From: a virus
Taxonomy: Duplodnaviria > Caudoviricetes
Strand: one strand, 5' to 3'
DNA length: 37,183 nt
Virus record (IMG/VR): IMGVR_UViG_3300012942_000086
Coordinates: 1 to 37,183 of that record
The notes below the pieces were generated by a model, which saw nothing but the letters and a program-made list of their open reading frames with translations, ran no database searches and was not told where the DNA came from. The translations under genes and the position numbers were made by a program. How positions within the stretch are numbered: the first letter of the stretch is position 1; each line of letters begins with the position of its first letter. Shown here in pieces: positions 24,234 to 34,308 of this stretch.

Positions 24234-24812
24234 ATGGCCCTCGACGAAACCGCCGCCCGTCGTCTCCGCCGCCACCTCGACCAGCTCACCGACCTCCTCG
24301 CCGCAGCCGACGACGACGCCCAACACCCCCGCCTCAACCGGCCCCTCACGGTCGTCCCCCGCCGCGCCACCACCACCGACGCACCCGCACCCATCGACCT
24401 CAACCTCTGGTCGATCATCGGCCCCGGCGACTACCTCGCCCACCCCGACCCCCACAACGACCAGATCGGCACCCCACCAGCCCGCGCCATCATCGGCGCC
24501 TGGTGCCTCGCCCTCACCGGCCAACCCGGCGGCATCCCCCAACTCCTCGCCGCCCACACCCAGATCATCGAGCACCCCGACGCCGACCAGTTCGCCGGAG
24601 ACGTCGCCCAGCTCCACGCCGCCCTCAGCCACACCGTCGGCAGCGTTGAACCCGGGTGGGAACCGCTCGCCGCGCCCTGTCGACGCTGCAACGTCCCGGC
24701 CCTCGGCCGGCTCCTCGGCAACGACCCTGAGTGCGAGAACTGCCACGCCATCGAGCGCTGGGAGGACTACCAGCGCCGCGCCGACGCGGTCGCTAACGTC
24801 CTCGCCGCTTGA
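24234..24812 (+). CDS. Zinc-ribbon protein, putative late transcription regulator
   Basis: CRRC...CENC at the C-terminus; last early gene; TATGCT 6 nt upstream of ATG. Confidence 0.65.
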   Translation: MALDETAARRLRRHLDQLTDLLAAADDDAQHPRLNRPLTVVPRRATTTDAPAPIDLNLWSIIGPGDYLAHPDPHNDQIGTPPARAIIGAWCLALTGQPGGIPQLLAAHTQIIEHPDADQFAGDVAQLHAALSHTVGSVEPGWEPLAAPCRRCNVPALGRLLGNDPECENCHAIERWEDYQRRADAVANVLAA

Positions 24813-24860
24813 CGGTAGCGCGCGGCCGTGAAACGCTGATGCAGCGCCATAAGTGTGCCT

Positions 24861-24891
24861 AGGCTCGGAAGTCCCCCGCTTCCGGGCCTTT
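24861..24891 (+). terminator. Hairpin in the late-operon leader
   Basis: AGGCTCGGAAG-N7-CTTCCGGGCCT-TT, downstream of a TTGACG at 24809. Confidence 0.55.
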
Positions 24892-24917
24892 CGCATGCCT
24901 GGGAGGAGGTCTCGCCC

Positions 24918-25106
24918 GTGGCCAGACTCCTCCCAGGCCCCGTCGCCGCCCAGCATTTCGGCATCAACCCGACCCGCATCCGCGTCTGGAAGACCCGAGG
25001 GCTCATCGCCCCCGCCGGCCTCGACGCACGGAACCGGCCGCTGTACGACTACGCCGAGCTGGCGCGCCTCATCCACCGCATGCAACCCCGGGAGGCCGCC
25101 GCTTGA
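24918..25106 (+). CDS. MerR-like HTH protein
   Basis: AAQHFGINPTRIRVWKTRGLI...RPLYD; SD GGAGGAGG. Confidence 0.75.
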   Translation: MARLLPGPVAAQHFGINPTRIRVWKTRGLIAPAGLDARNRPLYDYAELARLIHRMQPREAAA

Positions 25107-25459
25107 CCCCCGAACAGCGCGCCGCCCTCGCCGAACTCCGCCGCGCCGGTTTCACCGAGATCTATCGCGACGACACCCGCGTCATCATGCGTAACGAGAC
25201 CCGCGACCACACCGAATCCCTCACCTGGGACCAACTCGGCCCCCGTACCGCGCGCCAGGTCCGCGACCGCCTCCAACACCGCCAGGTCCGCCGGGCTCGC
25301 GCCGCCGCCGACCTCAAGCGCGCTATCCGCACCGGCGCCGGCCGACCGCATCTCACCGGCCGCGAACGCGACGCCATCGCGCGCCTTCGCGCCCAGGAGA
25401 AGGCCGAGCAGAACTACCGGTTCTGGGACCGCCTCATGCGCTCCACCCCTGGATTCTGA
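25103..25459 (+). CDS. Hypothetical basic protein
   Basis: TTGA overlap, SD GGAGG. Confidence 0.65.
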   Translation: MTPEQRAALAELRRAGFTEIYRDDTRVIMRNETRDHTESLTWDQLGPRTARQVRDRLQHRQVRRARAAADLKRAIRTGAGRPHLTGRERDAIARLRAQEKAEQNYRFWDRLMRSTPGF

Positions 25460-25713
25460 TGCGCAGCCGCGAATGGGAGCGGCACCGCCCGCATCAGGCA
25501 CGGATCGACGGCTGGAGCCTCACTCCGCACGCCTACGCCCGCTGCCGCGACCGCCTCCCCGACGCCGACGACCTCCGCGCCGCCCTCCGCCGACCGGCCG
25601 AGACCCGCGCCCAGAGCGACGGCCGCGAGTACCGCGTGCACGGCACTGTCGCCCTCGTTGTCGACCCGACGGCCCGACGCATCATCACCGTGATGCAGCA
25701 CCAGCCCCACTGA
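25459..25713 (+). CDS. RelE/DUF4258-like small protein
   Basis: LTPHAYARCRDR...LVVDPTARRIITVM pattern. Confidence 0.55.
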   Translation: MRSREWERHRPHQARIDGWSLTPHAYARCRDRLPDADDLRAALRRPAETRAQSDGREYRVHGTVALVVDPTARRIITVMQHQPH

Positions 25714-25730
25714 TCGGAGGCGAGCGCGTT

Positions 25731-26228
25731 GTGCCCAAGCCACTCGCCGACGACATCCGCGCCGCCATCCTCGACGACATCCGCGCAGGCAAGCTCTCCG
25801 CCCGCGCCATCGCCAAGCACCACGGCGTAGCACCCTCGACCGTCTCCAAGCTCGCCGCGGACTCCGGTGTTGCGGGCGCGTTCGAACGTGCCCAGACCGT
25901 AAAAGCCACGGCCGCGCGCAAGGCCGACACCGACGCCAAGCTCGCCGAACAGCTCGCCGAGATGATCGACGACGTCGGCCGCCTCCGCGCCCGCATCTGG
26001 GGCCCCTACGACCAGGTCGCATCCGGCCGCGAAGGCGCCGAAGTCGTCACCCTGCCCATGCCGCCCCTCCGCGACGTCCAAGCCGGGTACACGTCCATCG
26101 GGATCATCCTCGACAAGTACTGGAAGCGGCAGGACCGCACCGCGGGCGGCGGACACGACGAACTCCGCGAGGTGCTGCGGAACCTCGGCCGCTCCCTCGG
26201 CGTCGGCGAGCAGCAGGCGGGCGAGTGA
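25731..26228 (+). CDS. Terminase small subunit (N-terminal HTH)
   Basis: LSARAIAKHHGVAPSTVSKLA; overlaps the terL start. Confidence 0.75.
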   Translation: MPKPLADDIRAAILDDIRAGKLSARAIAKHHGVAPSTVSKLAADSGVAGAFERAQTVKATAARKADTDAKLAEQLAEMIDDVGRLRARIWGPYDQVASGREGAEVVTLPMPPLRDVQAGYTSIGIILDKYWKRQDRTAGGGHDELREVLRNLGRSLGVGEQQAGE

Positions 26229-27478
26229 GCGCCGCCGGCCTCATGTCGGCGAAGCAGGCCCGCTCGTTCCGCGAGGCCACGGCGCGCATCAACCTCTGGC
26301 ACGGCGCCGTCCGGTCGGGGAAGACGATCTGCTCGCTGTGGGCGCTGCTCCGCGGCATCGCCGACGCCCCCGCCTCCGGCCTGGTGCTGATCGTCGGCCG
26401 CTCGCTCCAGACCATCGAGCGCAACGTCCTCGAACCGCTCATGGACCCGGAGATCTTCGGCCCGTTCGCCACCGCCGTGCAGCACACCCGCGGCGCGACG
26501 ACCGCCACGATCCTCGGCCGGACGGTGCACCTGATCGGCGCAGCGGACTCCCGCGCCGAGGGCCGCCTACGCGGACTGACGGCGTGCCTGGCCTACGCCG
26601 ACGAGGCGACGCTGTTGCCGGAGGCGTTCTGGACGCAGCTCCTCGCCCGCCTGTCGGTTCCGGGCGCGCGGCTGCTCGCCACCACCAACCCCGACAGCCC
26701 GCGGCACTGGCTCAAGGTCGGATACCTCGACCGGCAGCACGAGTTGGACATGCGGTCGTGGCACTTCTCGCTCCGCGACAACGAGACCCTGTCGCCCGAC
26801 TACGTCGCCTCGCTCTCCGCCGAATACACCGGCCTGTGGCGCCGCCGCATGATCGACGGCGCATGGGTCGTCGCCGAGGGCGCCGTCTACGACATGTGGG
26901 ACGACACCCGCCACGTCGTCGACACCCTGCCGCCCATGACCCGCCTGTGGGTCGGCCTCGACTATGGCACCGTCAACCCCCTGCACGCCGTCCTCCTCGG
27001 CCTCGGCAGCGACGGGCGGCTGTACGCGTGCGCCGAGTACCGGCACGACTCCCGCGCCACCCACCGGCAGATGACCGACACCGAGTACGACCGGGCGCTG
27101 CGCGAGTGGCTTGCGGCGCAGCACGTCGACCCCGAATGGGTCATCGTCGACCCCTCGGCCGCCTCGTTCATCGAGCAACTCCACAGCACCGGCGGCCTCC
27201 CCGTCGTCGCCGCCGACAACACCGTGCTGGACGGCATCCGCACCACCGCGTCGCTGCTCTCCACCGGCCGCCTCCTCGTCCACACCTCCTGCACCGCACT
27301 CATCGACGAGATGACCGGCTACTCGTGGGACCCGAAAGCCGCCGAGGCCGGCATCGACCGCCCGCTCAAGACCGCGGACCACGGCCCCGACGCGCTCCGC
27401 TACGCCATCCGCACCACCGAATCCCTGTGGCGCCCAGCCCTCACCCCGGAGGTCACCCATGCCGCTGCCCACAGCTGA
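26225..27478 (+). CDS. terL: Terminase large subunit (PBSX-like)
   Basis: Walker A GAVRSGKT, Walker B LAYADEA, TTNPD, GLDYG, DHGPDALRY. Confidence 0.95.
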   Translation: MSAAGLMSAKQARSFREATARINLWHGAVRSGKTICSLWALLRGIADAPASGLVLIVGRSLQTIERNVLEPLMDPEIFGPFATAVQHTRGATTATILGRTVHLIGAADSRAEGRLRGLTACLAYADEATLLPEAFWTQLLARLSVPGARLLATTNPDSPRHWLKVGYLDRQHELDMRSWHFSLRDNETLSPDYVASLSAEYTGLWRRRMIDGAWVVAEGAVYDMWDDTRHVVDTLPPMTRLWVGLDYGTVNPLHAVLLGLGSDGRLYACAEYRHDSRATHRQMTDTEYDRALREWLAAQHVDPEWVIVDPSAASFIEQLHSTGGLPVVAADNTVLDGIRTTASLLSTGRLLVHTSCTALIDEMTGYSWDPKAAEAGIDRPLKTADHGPDALRYAIRTTESLWRPALTPEVTHAAAHS

Positions 27479-29102
27479 CATGGCCTGGCCCCCGCTCGAC
27501 CACCGCGTCATCACCGCCATGGCCGACTGGTCCACCTGGTGGGCCGGAGACCCGATCGAGCTCGCCGAGCGGTACGGCCTGTACGGGATGCGGCACGGCG
27601 CCATGTCCCGGGAGGAGCCGCGCGCTCGGGGTCTGCTCGGGTGGGCGCAGCGCTGGTGGTGGGGCGCGAGGACGGCGCCGGGCGAGCAGCTGACGAAGTA
27701 CCACCTGCCGGTGGCCGGCGACCTCGCGCGCGTGTCCGCTGACCTCCTGTTCTCCGAGCCGCCCGCGCTCCACATCGACGACTCGATGACGACGCAGACC
27801 GCCGTGGACAACCTGATCGACGACGGCCTCCACGTCGCATTCCTGGAGGGCGCCGAACTGGCCGCCGCCGTGGGCGGCTGCTACCTCCGCGTCGTCTGGG
27901 ACGACAGCGTCCGGGACACGCCGTGGATCGACGTGGTCGGCCAGGACACCGCCATCCCCGACCTCGTCGCGGGCGTCCTCAAGGGCGTGACGTTCTGGAC
28001 CGAGGTGCAGCGTCAGGGCCAGATCGTGTGGCGGCACCTGGAGCGCCACGAGCCCGGCCGTATCCTCCACGGCCTGTACCAGGGGACGCCCACCAACCTC
28101 GGCCAGGCGGTGCCGCTGGCGGACGTCGAGCAGACCGCCGGCCTCGCCGACCAGGCCAACGCCGAGGGCGCGATCCTCACTGGCATCGATACGCTGACGG
28201 CCGCCTACGTGCCGAACATGCGCCCCGCCAGGGCGTGGCGGCACATCCCGGCCGTCAACGGCTGGGGCCGCTCCGACTTCCAGAGCCTCGAATCCACGTT
28301 CGACGCGATCGACGAGGTCTACTCCTCGTGGATGAGGGACATCCGCATCGGCAAAGGCCGCATCATCGTCCCGCAGGGCTACCTCGACCAGCACGGGCCC
28401 GGACGCGGCGCGTCGTGGAACGAAGACCGCGAGGTGTACAGCACCGTCAACGCGCTCCCGCGCTCCGGCGATGGCGGGATGCAGCTCACGTCCACGCAGT
28501 TCGCGATCCGCTACCAGGAGCACACGGCCACCCTGACCGACCTCATGGAGCACGCCGTCAGGCTCGCGGGCTACAGCGGCGCGACGTTCGGGTTCGCCCA
28601 GGACGGCAGCGCCATGACCGCGACGGAGATCCGCAGCCGCGAGCGCCGCTCCATGACCACCCGCGCCCGCAAAACCCTGTACTGGGGACCGGCGGTGCGC
28701 TCGATCGTGCTGGCGTGGCTGGGCATCGCGCAGGCGAAGTTCGGCATGCAGGTCAAGCCGTGCGAACCCTCGGTCGAGTTCCGCGACAGCGTCGCCCCGG
28801 CGCCGCAGGAACTCGCGCAGACCGCGCAGCTGCTCCGCGCGGCCGAAGCCATCTCCACCGACCAGGTCGTGCGCCTCGTCCACCCGGACTGGGACGAGGA
28901 CCAGACCGCCGACGAGGTGATCCGGATCCAGGGCGAGTACGGCCGGAGTCTGGCGGATCCGACGCAGGTCGGTGACGAGCAGCCGGCGGGGCCGCAGCCG
29001 CTCGACCCGCAGCTGTACGGCACCTACCCGGGCGAACCGGACGGCGACGAAGGCCCGATCGTGCCCATGGGTCCGGCAGCAGCGGGCGGCGGCAGCAAGT
29101 AG
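27459..29102 (+). CDS. Portal protein (SPP1/A118-like)
   Basis: Follows terL; SADLLFSEPP, GRSDF, TATEI motifs. Confidence 0.9.
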   Translation: MPLPTADMAWPPLDHRVITAMADWSTWWAGDPIELAERYGLYGMRHGAMSREEPRARGLLGWAQRWWWGARTAPGEQLTKYHLPVAGDLARVSADLLFSEPPALHIDDSMTTQTAVDNLIDDGLHVAFLEGAELAAAVGGCYLRVVWDDSVRDTPWIDVVGQDTAIPDLVAGVLKGVTFWTEVQRQGQIVWRHLERHEPGRILHGLYQGTPTNLGQAVPLADVEQTAGLADQANAEGAILTGIDTLTAAYVPNMRPARAWRHIPAVNGWGRSDFQSLESTFDAIDEVYSSWMRDIRIGKGRIIVPQGYLDQHGPGRGASWNEDREVYSTVNALPRSGDGGMQLTSTQFAIRYQEHTATLTDLMEHAVRLAGYSGATFGFAQDGSAMTATEIRSRERRSMTTRARKTLYWGPAVRSIVLAWLGIAQAKFGMQVKPCEPSVEFRDSVAPAPQELAQTAQLLRAAEAISTDQVVRLVHPDWDEDQTADEVIRIQGEYGRSLADPTQVGDEQPAGPQPLDPQLYGTYPGEPDGDEGPIVPMGPAAAGGGSK

Positions 29103-29114
29103 CGGAGGCGCAGC

Positions 29115-30233
29115 GTGCCCGTGTCGCCGGATCTCGCCTACGACCTCGCCCGCCAGGTCGCCGACCTGTACAGCAGCGCCGAGGACGCCCTACTCCGGCT
29201 GCTCCGTCGCTCCCTGTCCGGGGACATGGACGCGCCCGGCTGGGCACGGCAGAAAGCCGCGGCGATCGGGGACGTGCGGCGCGGGGCGCAGCGCATCGCC
29301 TCCGCGCTGGAGCACGACGCCTCCGGCGCCCTCGCGGCGGCTGTGGCCGAGGCGTACCGGCGCGGGGATCAGGCGGCGGTCGCCGAGCTGGGCGCGCTCG
29401 CCGAAGGCCAACGCCACGCGGCGGCGGTGTGGCTGCCGCAGGCCCGCTCCGTCGACCGCCTCGCCGCCTCCGCCGTCCACGACCTGCGCCCCGTCTACAC
29501 CCGCATCGTGCGGGCGGTCGTGGACGTGTACCAGCAGGTCACCAACCGCGCCGTCAGCCCCGTGCTGCTCGGCGCGCTCACCCGCCGCCAGGGCGCACAA
29601 CAGGCGCTCGACGCCTTCGCCGCGCGCGGCATCACCGGCTTCACCGACCGCGCCGGCCGCAACTGGCAGGTCGCCAGTTACGCCGAGATGGCCGTGCGCA
29701 CAGTCACCGGCCGCGCCGCCATCGACGGCCACACCGACCGCCTCGCCCAACTCGGGCAGCGGTACGTCGTCGTGTCGTCGTCGCCGTTGGACTGTCCGCG
29801 CTGCCATCCCTGGGAGGGCGCCGTGCTCCGGCTGTCGGGGCCGCCCGGCCCCGCGACCGAGCACGCCAAGTCCGCCGTGTCGCCTGCCACCGTGGCCGTG
29901 CACGTCGCCGGGAGCGTCGAGGAGGCGCGCGCCGCCGGCCTGCTCCACCCCAACTGCCGGCATTCGCTCTCGGCCTACCTGCCGGGCGTCACCCGCCGGC
30001 CCGAGTCCCCGCCGCACCCGCACGGCGCCACCTACGACGACACGCAGACCCAGCGCTACTACGAGCGCCAGGTCCGCGCGTGGAAACGCCGCGCCCTGGT
30101 CGCCCTGGACGACGACGCGCGGCGCAGCGCCGAGCAGCGCGTGCGCGCCTACCAGGCCAAGATCCGCGCCCTGGTCGCCGACAAGGGCCTCAAGCGCAAG
30201 CCGGTCCGGGAGCAGCTCGGTACCGCCCGATGA
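29115..30233 (+). CDS. Phage minor capsid protein (MuF-like)
   Basis: FTDRAGRNW..SYAEMAVRT, CPRCHPWEG, LLHPNCRH. Confidence 0.85.
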   Translation: MPVSPDLAYDLARQVADLYSSAEDALLRLLRRSLSGDMDAPGWARQKAAAIGDVRRGAQRIASALEHDASGALAAAVAEAYRRGDQAAVAELGALAEGQRHAAAVWLPQARSVDRLAASAVHDLRPVYTRIVRAVVDVYQQVTNRAVSPVLLGALTRRQGAQQALDAFAARGITGFTDRAGRNWQVASYAEMAVRTVTGRAAIDGHTDRLAQLGQRYVVVSSSPLDCPRCHPWEGAVLRLSGPPGPATEHAKSAVSPATVAVHVAGSVEEARAAGLLHPNCRHSLSAYLPGVTRRPESPPHPHGATYDDTQTQRYYERQVRAWKRRALVALDDDARRSAEQRVRAYQAKIRALVADKGLKRKPVREQLGTAR

Positions 30234-30249
30234 CCACCAGGAGGACGCC

Positions 30250-30393
30250 GTGAGCGCCAAGTTCGCCAAGCTCACCGCCAAGCTCGCCGCCAAGGGAGCC
30301 ACCGACCCGTCCGGGCTCGCTGCCTTCATCGGCCGCAAGAAGCTCGGCAAGAAGGTCTTCCAGGCGAAGGCCGCGGCCGCCCGGAAGGGCTGA
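30250..30393 (+). CDS. Small Lys/Ala-rich basic protein (47 aa)
   Basis: SD AGGAGGA; MSAKFAKLTAKLAAKGATDPSGLAAFIGRKK. Confidence 0.7.
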   Translation: MSAKFAKLTAKLAAKGATDPSGLAAFIGRKKLGKKVFQAKAAAARKG

Positions 30394-30396
30394 CCG

Positions 30397-30591
30397 ATGC
30401 CGGGACCCGTGCACCTGACCCGCAAGGGCCACCCGTGGAACTGGGACAAGCTCGTCGGCCAGGTCTCCGGCCACGCCAAGGGTGACCCGAAGGCGCTCGC
30501 CGCGTGGATCTCCAGGCGCGCGCTCCCGCCCGGCGAGTTCAACCGCCTGGCCGCGAAGGGCCGCCGCAAGGCCGCCGCCGCGCGCCGCTGA
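30397..30591 (+). CDS. Small basic protein, paralogue of the preceding gene
   Basis: GDPKALAAWISRR...AAKGRRK. Confidence 0.65.
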   Translation: MPGPVHLTRKGHPWNWDKLVGQVSGHAKGDPKALAAWISRRALPPGEFNRLAAKGRRKAAAARR

Positions 30592-30701
30592 GCCCGCAGA
30601 CTTCCCCGCCGTAGGACGGCGGGGCGCACCACCCGCACCACCGCACCACGTAGAGCCCGCCAGGTAGCGGGACACCCCAGCATGCCCAGGAGGCACGCAC
30701 C

Positions 30702-31325
30702 ATGCCCGAGAACACCACCGATCCCGAGGTCGAGCCGACCGGCGCCGCGACCGAGGAGCAGCAGACCGAGACCGGCGAGCAGGGCTCGCCCGAGGTCATC
30801 CGGCTGCGCCGCGAGGTCGAGAAGGCCCGCAAGGACGCCGCCCGCGCGAGGACCAGCGCCCGCGAGGCCGCCGTCCAGGAGGCGCGCGACGCACTCGCCA
30901 AGGAACTCGCGCGCACGCTCGGCATCCAGGGTGAGGAGATCACCCCCGAGCAGCTCCAGAAGCAGCTCGCCGACGCCCAGGCCGGACGCGAATCCGCCAT
31001 GGGCGACGCCCTCGCCGCACAGATCGAACTCACGGTGTACCGCACGGCCGCCGCGGCCGGCGCCGACGCCGAACGCCTCCTCGACTCGCGGGCGTTCTGC
31101 TCGGCCGTCGATGAGCTGGACGTCGACCCCACCGACCGCAAGGCCTTCACCGCCGCGGTCCGGCAGCTCATCACCGAACACCTCGACGCCCACCCGACGC
31201 TGCGCGCCACACCGGCCGCCGGGCGGTCGTCCACCACCACCCCGCCCGCCGGAGCGCCCCAGGCGCGCAAGCGCGCGGGCTCCCTCTCCGAGGCCGTGGC
31301 CGCCCGACTGGCAGGCCGCGGCTAA
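30702..31325 (+). CDS. Capsid scaffolding protein
   Basis: Acidic N-terminus, coiled coil, RLLDSRAF; precedes the major capsid gene. Confidence 0.85.
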   Translation: MPENTTDPEVEPTGAATEEQQTETGEQGSPEVIRLRREVEKARKDAARARTSAREAAVQEARDALAKELARTLGIQGEEITPEQLQKQLADAQAGRESAMGDALAAQIELTVYRTAAAAGADAERLLDSRAFCSAVDELDVDPTDRKAFTAAVRQLITEHLDAHPTLRATPAAGRSSTTTPPAGAPQARKRAGSLSEAVAARLAGRG

Positions 31326-31350
31326 CCCCCGAACATAGGAGCGTGGCCCG

Positions 31351-32415
31351 ATGGCCATCACCCTCGCCCAGGCGCAGGTCAACACCCAGGACGACATCAA
31401 CTTCAACGTCATCGACAACCTGCGCCGCTACTCGTGGCTGCTCGACAACATGGTGTGGGACGACACCGTGACCCCGGGGACCGGCGGCGGCTCCCTCACC
31501 TACGGCTACACCCGGCTCACGACTCCGGCCCCGGCCGCGTTCCGCGCGCTCAACAACGAATACCAGCCCAACCAGGCGACCCGGTCCCGGTTCACCGTGG
31601 ACCTCGTCCCGCTCGGCGGGAGCTTCCAGATCGACCGTGTCCTCGCCAACCTCGGCCCCGCGGCGAGCAACGAGGTCAACTTCCAGATGCAGCAGCTCAT
31701 GACCTCGGTGCGGACGAAGTTCGAGGACGCCTGCATCAACGGCGACACCTCCGTGGACGCGAACGGCTTCGACGGCCTCGACAAGGCCCTGACCGGCACC
31801 GACACCGAGTACCTGCCGATCAACAACGGCGCCAGCACCGGCTACTTCGACTGGACCGCCGCCACCATCAACGACGAGAACAAGGGCATGGGCTGCCTGG
31901 ACATCCTCGACGACTTCCTGTCGAAGATCGTCCCCTCGAAGACCGGCGGCGGCGACCTCGGCGAGCCCGGCGCGCTCCCCCCGGGCGTCAAGGCCATCCT
32001 CGGCAACACCAAGAGCATCACCCGCATCCGCTCCCTGGCCCGCCGCGCCTCGCTCTACACCCAGACGACCGACTCCCTCGGCCGCGAGATCCAGCAGTAC
32101 GGCCAGTGGGTGCTGGTCGACCTCGGCGACGCGGCCGACGGCGCGACCCCGATCGTCCCGATCGAGACCCGCGACGCGGACGGCTCCGGCTCCGGCGGCA
32201 ACATCACCGGCCTGACCGACCTGTACGCCGTGACCTTCGGCCTGGACAGCTTCCACGGCGCCTCGGTCGCCGGCACCGAGCTGGTGCACACGTGGATGCC
32301 GCCGATGGACCTGCCCGGCGCGGTGAAGAACGGCGAGATCGAGATGGGCCCGGTCGCTCCGGTTCTGAAGAACACCCGGTCGGCCGCCGTGCTCCGCAAC
32401 ATCAAGGTCCAGTGA
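31351..32415 (+). CDS. Major capsid protein
   Basis: MAITLAQA.., LGGSFQIDRVLA, NGFDGLDKALTG, AAVLRNIKV; strongly biased codons. Confidence 0.92.
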   Translation: MAITLAQAQVNTQDDINFNVIDNLRRYSWLLDNMVWDDTVTPGTGGGSLTYGYTRLTTPAPAAFRALNNEYQPNQATRSRFTVDLVPLGGSFQIDRVLANLGPAASNEVNFQMQQLMTSVRTKFEDACINGDTSVDANGFDGLDKALTGTDTEYLPINNGASTGYFDWTAATINDENKGMGCLDILDDFLSKIVPSKTGGGDLGEPGALPPGVKAILGNTKSITRIRSLARRASLYTQTTDSLGREIQQYGQWVLVDLGDAADGATPIVPIETRDADGSGSGGNITGLTDLYAVTFGLDSFHGASVAGTELVHTWMPPMDLPGAVKNGEIEMGPVAPVLKNTRSAAVLRNIKVQ

Positions 32416-32416
32416 C

Positions 32417-32656
32417 GTGGGCCGGTACCGCGTGACGGCGCCCGCGGGCGGCTACTCCGGCGTGAGCGTCGGCGTGCCGTTCCGCGACGGCGTCGCCCTG
32501 GTCGACAGCAGCGAGCACGGCGCGGCTCTGGCGTACTTCCGGCGGCGCGGCTACCGCGTGGAGCCGGAGGCGCCGGCCGAGCCGGAGCAGCCCGCGAAGG
32601 CACCGACCCGGGCGCGCCGGGGCGCGGCGAAGAGCAGCCCGAGCAGCGAGGAGTAG
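32417..32656 (+). CDS. Head-associated hypothetical protein
   Basis: GVPFRDGVA...LAYFRRRGYRVE; synteny. Confidence 0.7.
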   Translation: MGRYRVTAPAGGYSGVSVGVPFRDGVALVDSSEHGAALAYFRRRGYRVEPEAPAEPEQPAKAPTRARRGAAKSSPSSEE

Positions 32657-32660
32657 CGGC

Positions 32661-33128
32661 ATGGCAGCCCGTGTGTACGCGACTGCGGAGGACCTGGAGA
32701 CGTACACCGGGCAGCCCGCCCCGGCGACGGCCGCGGCGCAGCTCGCGCAGGCCTCGCGGTTCCTCGACGCGACCGTGTTCCGGCAGTGCCGGTACGCGGC
32801 GGACTCCGACACCGGCCTGCCGGTCGACGAGCTGGTGGCCGACGCGTTCCGGGACGCCACCTGCGCGCAGGTCGCCTGGTGGACCGAGCTGGGCGACTCG
32901 ATCGGCGCGTTCGGGGCCGGCTACTCCTCGGTCTCGATCGGCGGCGCGTCGCTGTCCCGCACCGGCCGGTCCGGGCCCGTGGCGGCCGACGGCACGGACT
33001 CCCCGGCGCGGCAGGTGGCGCCGCAGGTGTGGGACGTCCTCGCCGACCCGGCGCTGACCCCGCGTCACCTGATCGTGGGCGAGGTCCGCACCTGGGGCGG
33101 CCCGTGGCCGATCGGGGCGGTCATCTGA
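32661..33128 (+). CDS. Head-to-tail adaptor
   Basis: YATAEDL, DATCAQVAWW, SVSIGGASLS; synteny. Confidence 0.8.
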   Translation: MAARVYATAEDLETYTGQPAPATAAAQLAQASRFLDATVFRQCRYAADSDTGLPVDELVADAFRDATCAQVAWWTELGDSIGAFGAGYSSVSIGGASLSRTGRSGPVAADGTDSPARQVAPQVWDVLADPALTPRHLIVGEVRTWGGPWPIGAVI

Positions 33129-33445
33129 TGGCGGGGATCCCGGCGTGGCTGCTCCGCCAGCAGGTGACGATCAGCCCGTACCTCGGCGACACCGGCTATG
33201 GCCCCGCGTGGGGAGAGCCGGTGACGGTCCGGGCGTACACGGTGCGCGAGACGCACACGGTGCTGGACGCGCAGGGCAAAGAGGTCATCTCCGGGTCGAC
33301 GGTGTTCGTGCCACCCGGCACCGTCGCCCCGGCGCTCTCCCGCCTGGCCCTGCCGGACGGCACCACCACGACCGTCCTCGTCCGGATGGACCGGGACGGC
33401 GGCGGGATGCCGACGCCGGATCACGTCGAGCTCCACGTGCAGTAG
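33128..33445 (+). CDS. Head-to-tail stopper
   Basis: TGATG coupling; VTISPYLGDTGYGPAW...PDHVEL. Confidence 0.75.
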   Translation: MAGIPAWLLRQQVTISPYLGDTGYGPAWGEPVTVRAYTVRETHTVLDAQGKEVISGSTVFVPPGTVAPALSRLALPDGTTTTVLVRMDRDGGGMPTPDHVELHVQ

Positions 33446-33455
33446 GGAGACCACC

Positions 33456-33812
33456 GTGCCGCAGCGCACCACGTTCCGGTGGGACGGCGCCGCAGCCCTG
33501 GCGGCGATCCGCGAGGGCGCCGCGACCGGCCTCGAACTCGGCATGGAGCACCTCCTCGGCGAGTCCAACCGGTTGGTCCCGCTGGACGAGGGCACGCTCG
33601 AACGCTCCGGCCGGGCGCAGGTCGACCGGGCCGAGCTGGTCGGCGCCGTCTCCTACGACACGGTGTATGCGATCAGGCAGCACGAGGAGATGACCTGGCG
33701 TCATCTGCCCGGCCGCCAGGCGAAATACCTGGAGCAGCCGGCGCACAGCGAGGCGCCGACCATTCAGGCGATCATCGCCGAGTCCATTCGCACCGCGACC
33801 GAGGGGGGCTGA
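33456..33812 (+). CDS. Neck/tail-completion protein (HK97 gp10-like)
   Basis: VPLDEGTLERSG, YAIRQHE, AKYLE. Confidence 0.8.
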   Translation: MPQRTTFRWDGAAALAAIREGAATGLELGMEHLLGESNRLVPLDEGTLERSGRAQVDRAELVGAVSYDTVYAIRQHEEMTWRHLPGRQAKYLEQPAHSEAPTIQAIIAESIRTATEGG

Positions 33813-33813
33813 C

Positions 33814-34230
33814 GTGGCGCTGCTCGACGGCCTCGCCCAGTACCTCGACGGCCTCGGCCTGGTCGACTTCCGCCCGGACAGCACGGGCGGGGACTGCTTC
33901 ATCGAGACCCTGCCGGCCAGCCCCGATGAGGCCGTGGCGCTCACCCTGTACGGCGGCACCCAGCCCGACAGCCGCCTGGGCTACGACATGCCGTCGCTCC
34001 AGGTGCGGGTGCGCGGCACCACCGACCCCCGCGTCTCCCGCGCCCGCGCCGAGGCGATCTACGCGGCGCTGCACGGCCTCGACGCGATCACCCTGCCCGA
34101 CGGCACCCGCATGATCTCCTGCACCGCCCAGCAGACCGTCACGTCGATGGGCCAGGACTCCCAGCAGCGATTCGAGCACGTCTGCAACTACGCGCTCGAG
34201 GTACGCAACCAGACCGGCCGCCGCGAGTAG
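33814..34230 (+). CDS. Tail terminator protein
   Basis: PASPDEAVALTLYGG, LQVRVRG; synteny. Confidence 0.8.
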   Translation: MALLDGLAQYLDGLGLVDFRPDSTGGDCFIETLPASPDEAVALTLYGGTQPDSRLGYDMPSLQVRVRGTTDPRVSRARAEAIYAALHGLDAITLPDGTRMISCTAQQTVTSMGQDSQQRFEHVCNYALEVRNQTGRRE

Positions 34231-34308
34231 CGGCCCCACCACACCACCCCGCAGCCCGCCGGCACGCCGCCGCGCGGGCATCCCAGCATGCCCAGAGGAG
34301 GGCCCGCG

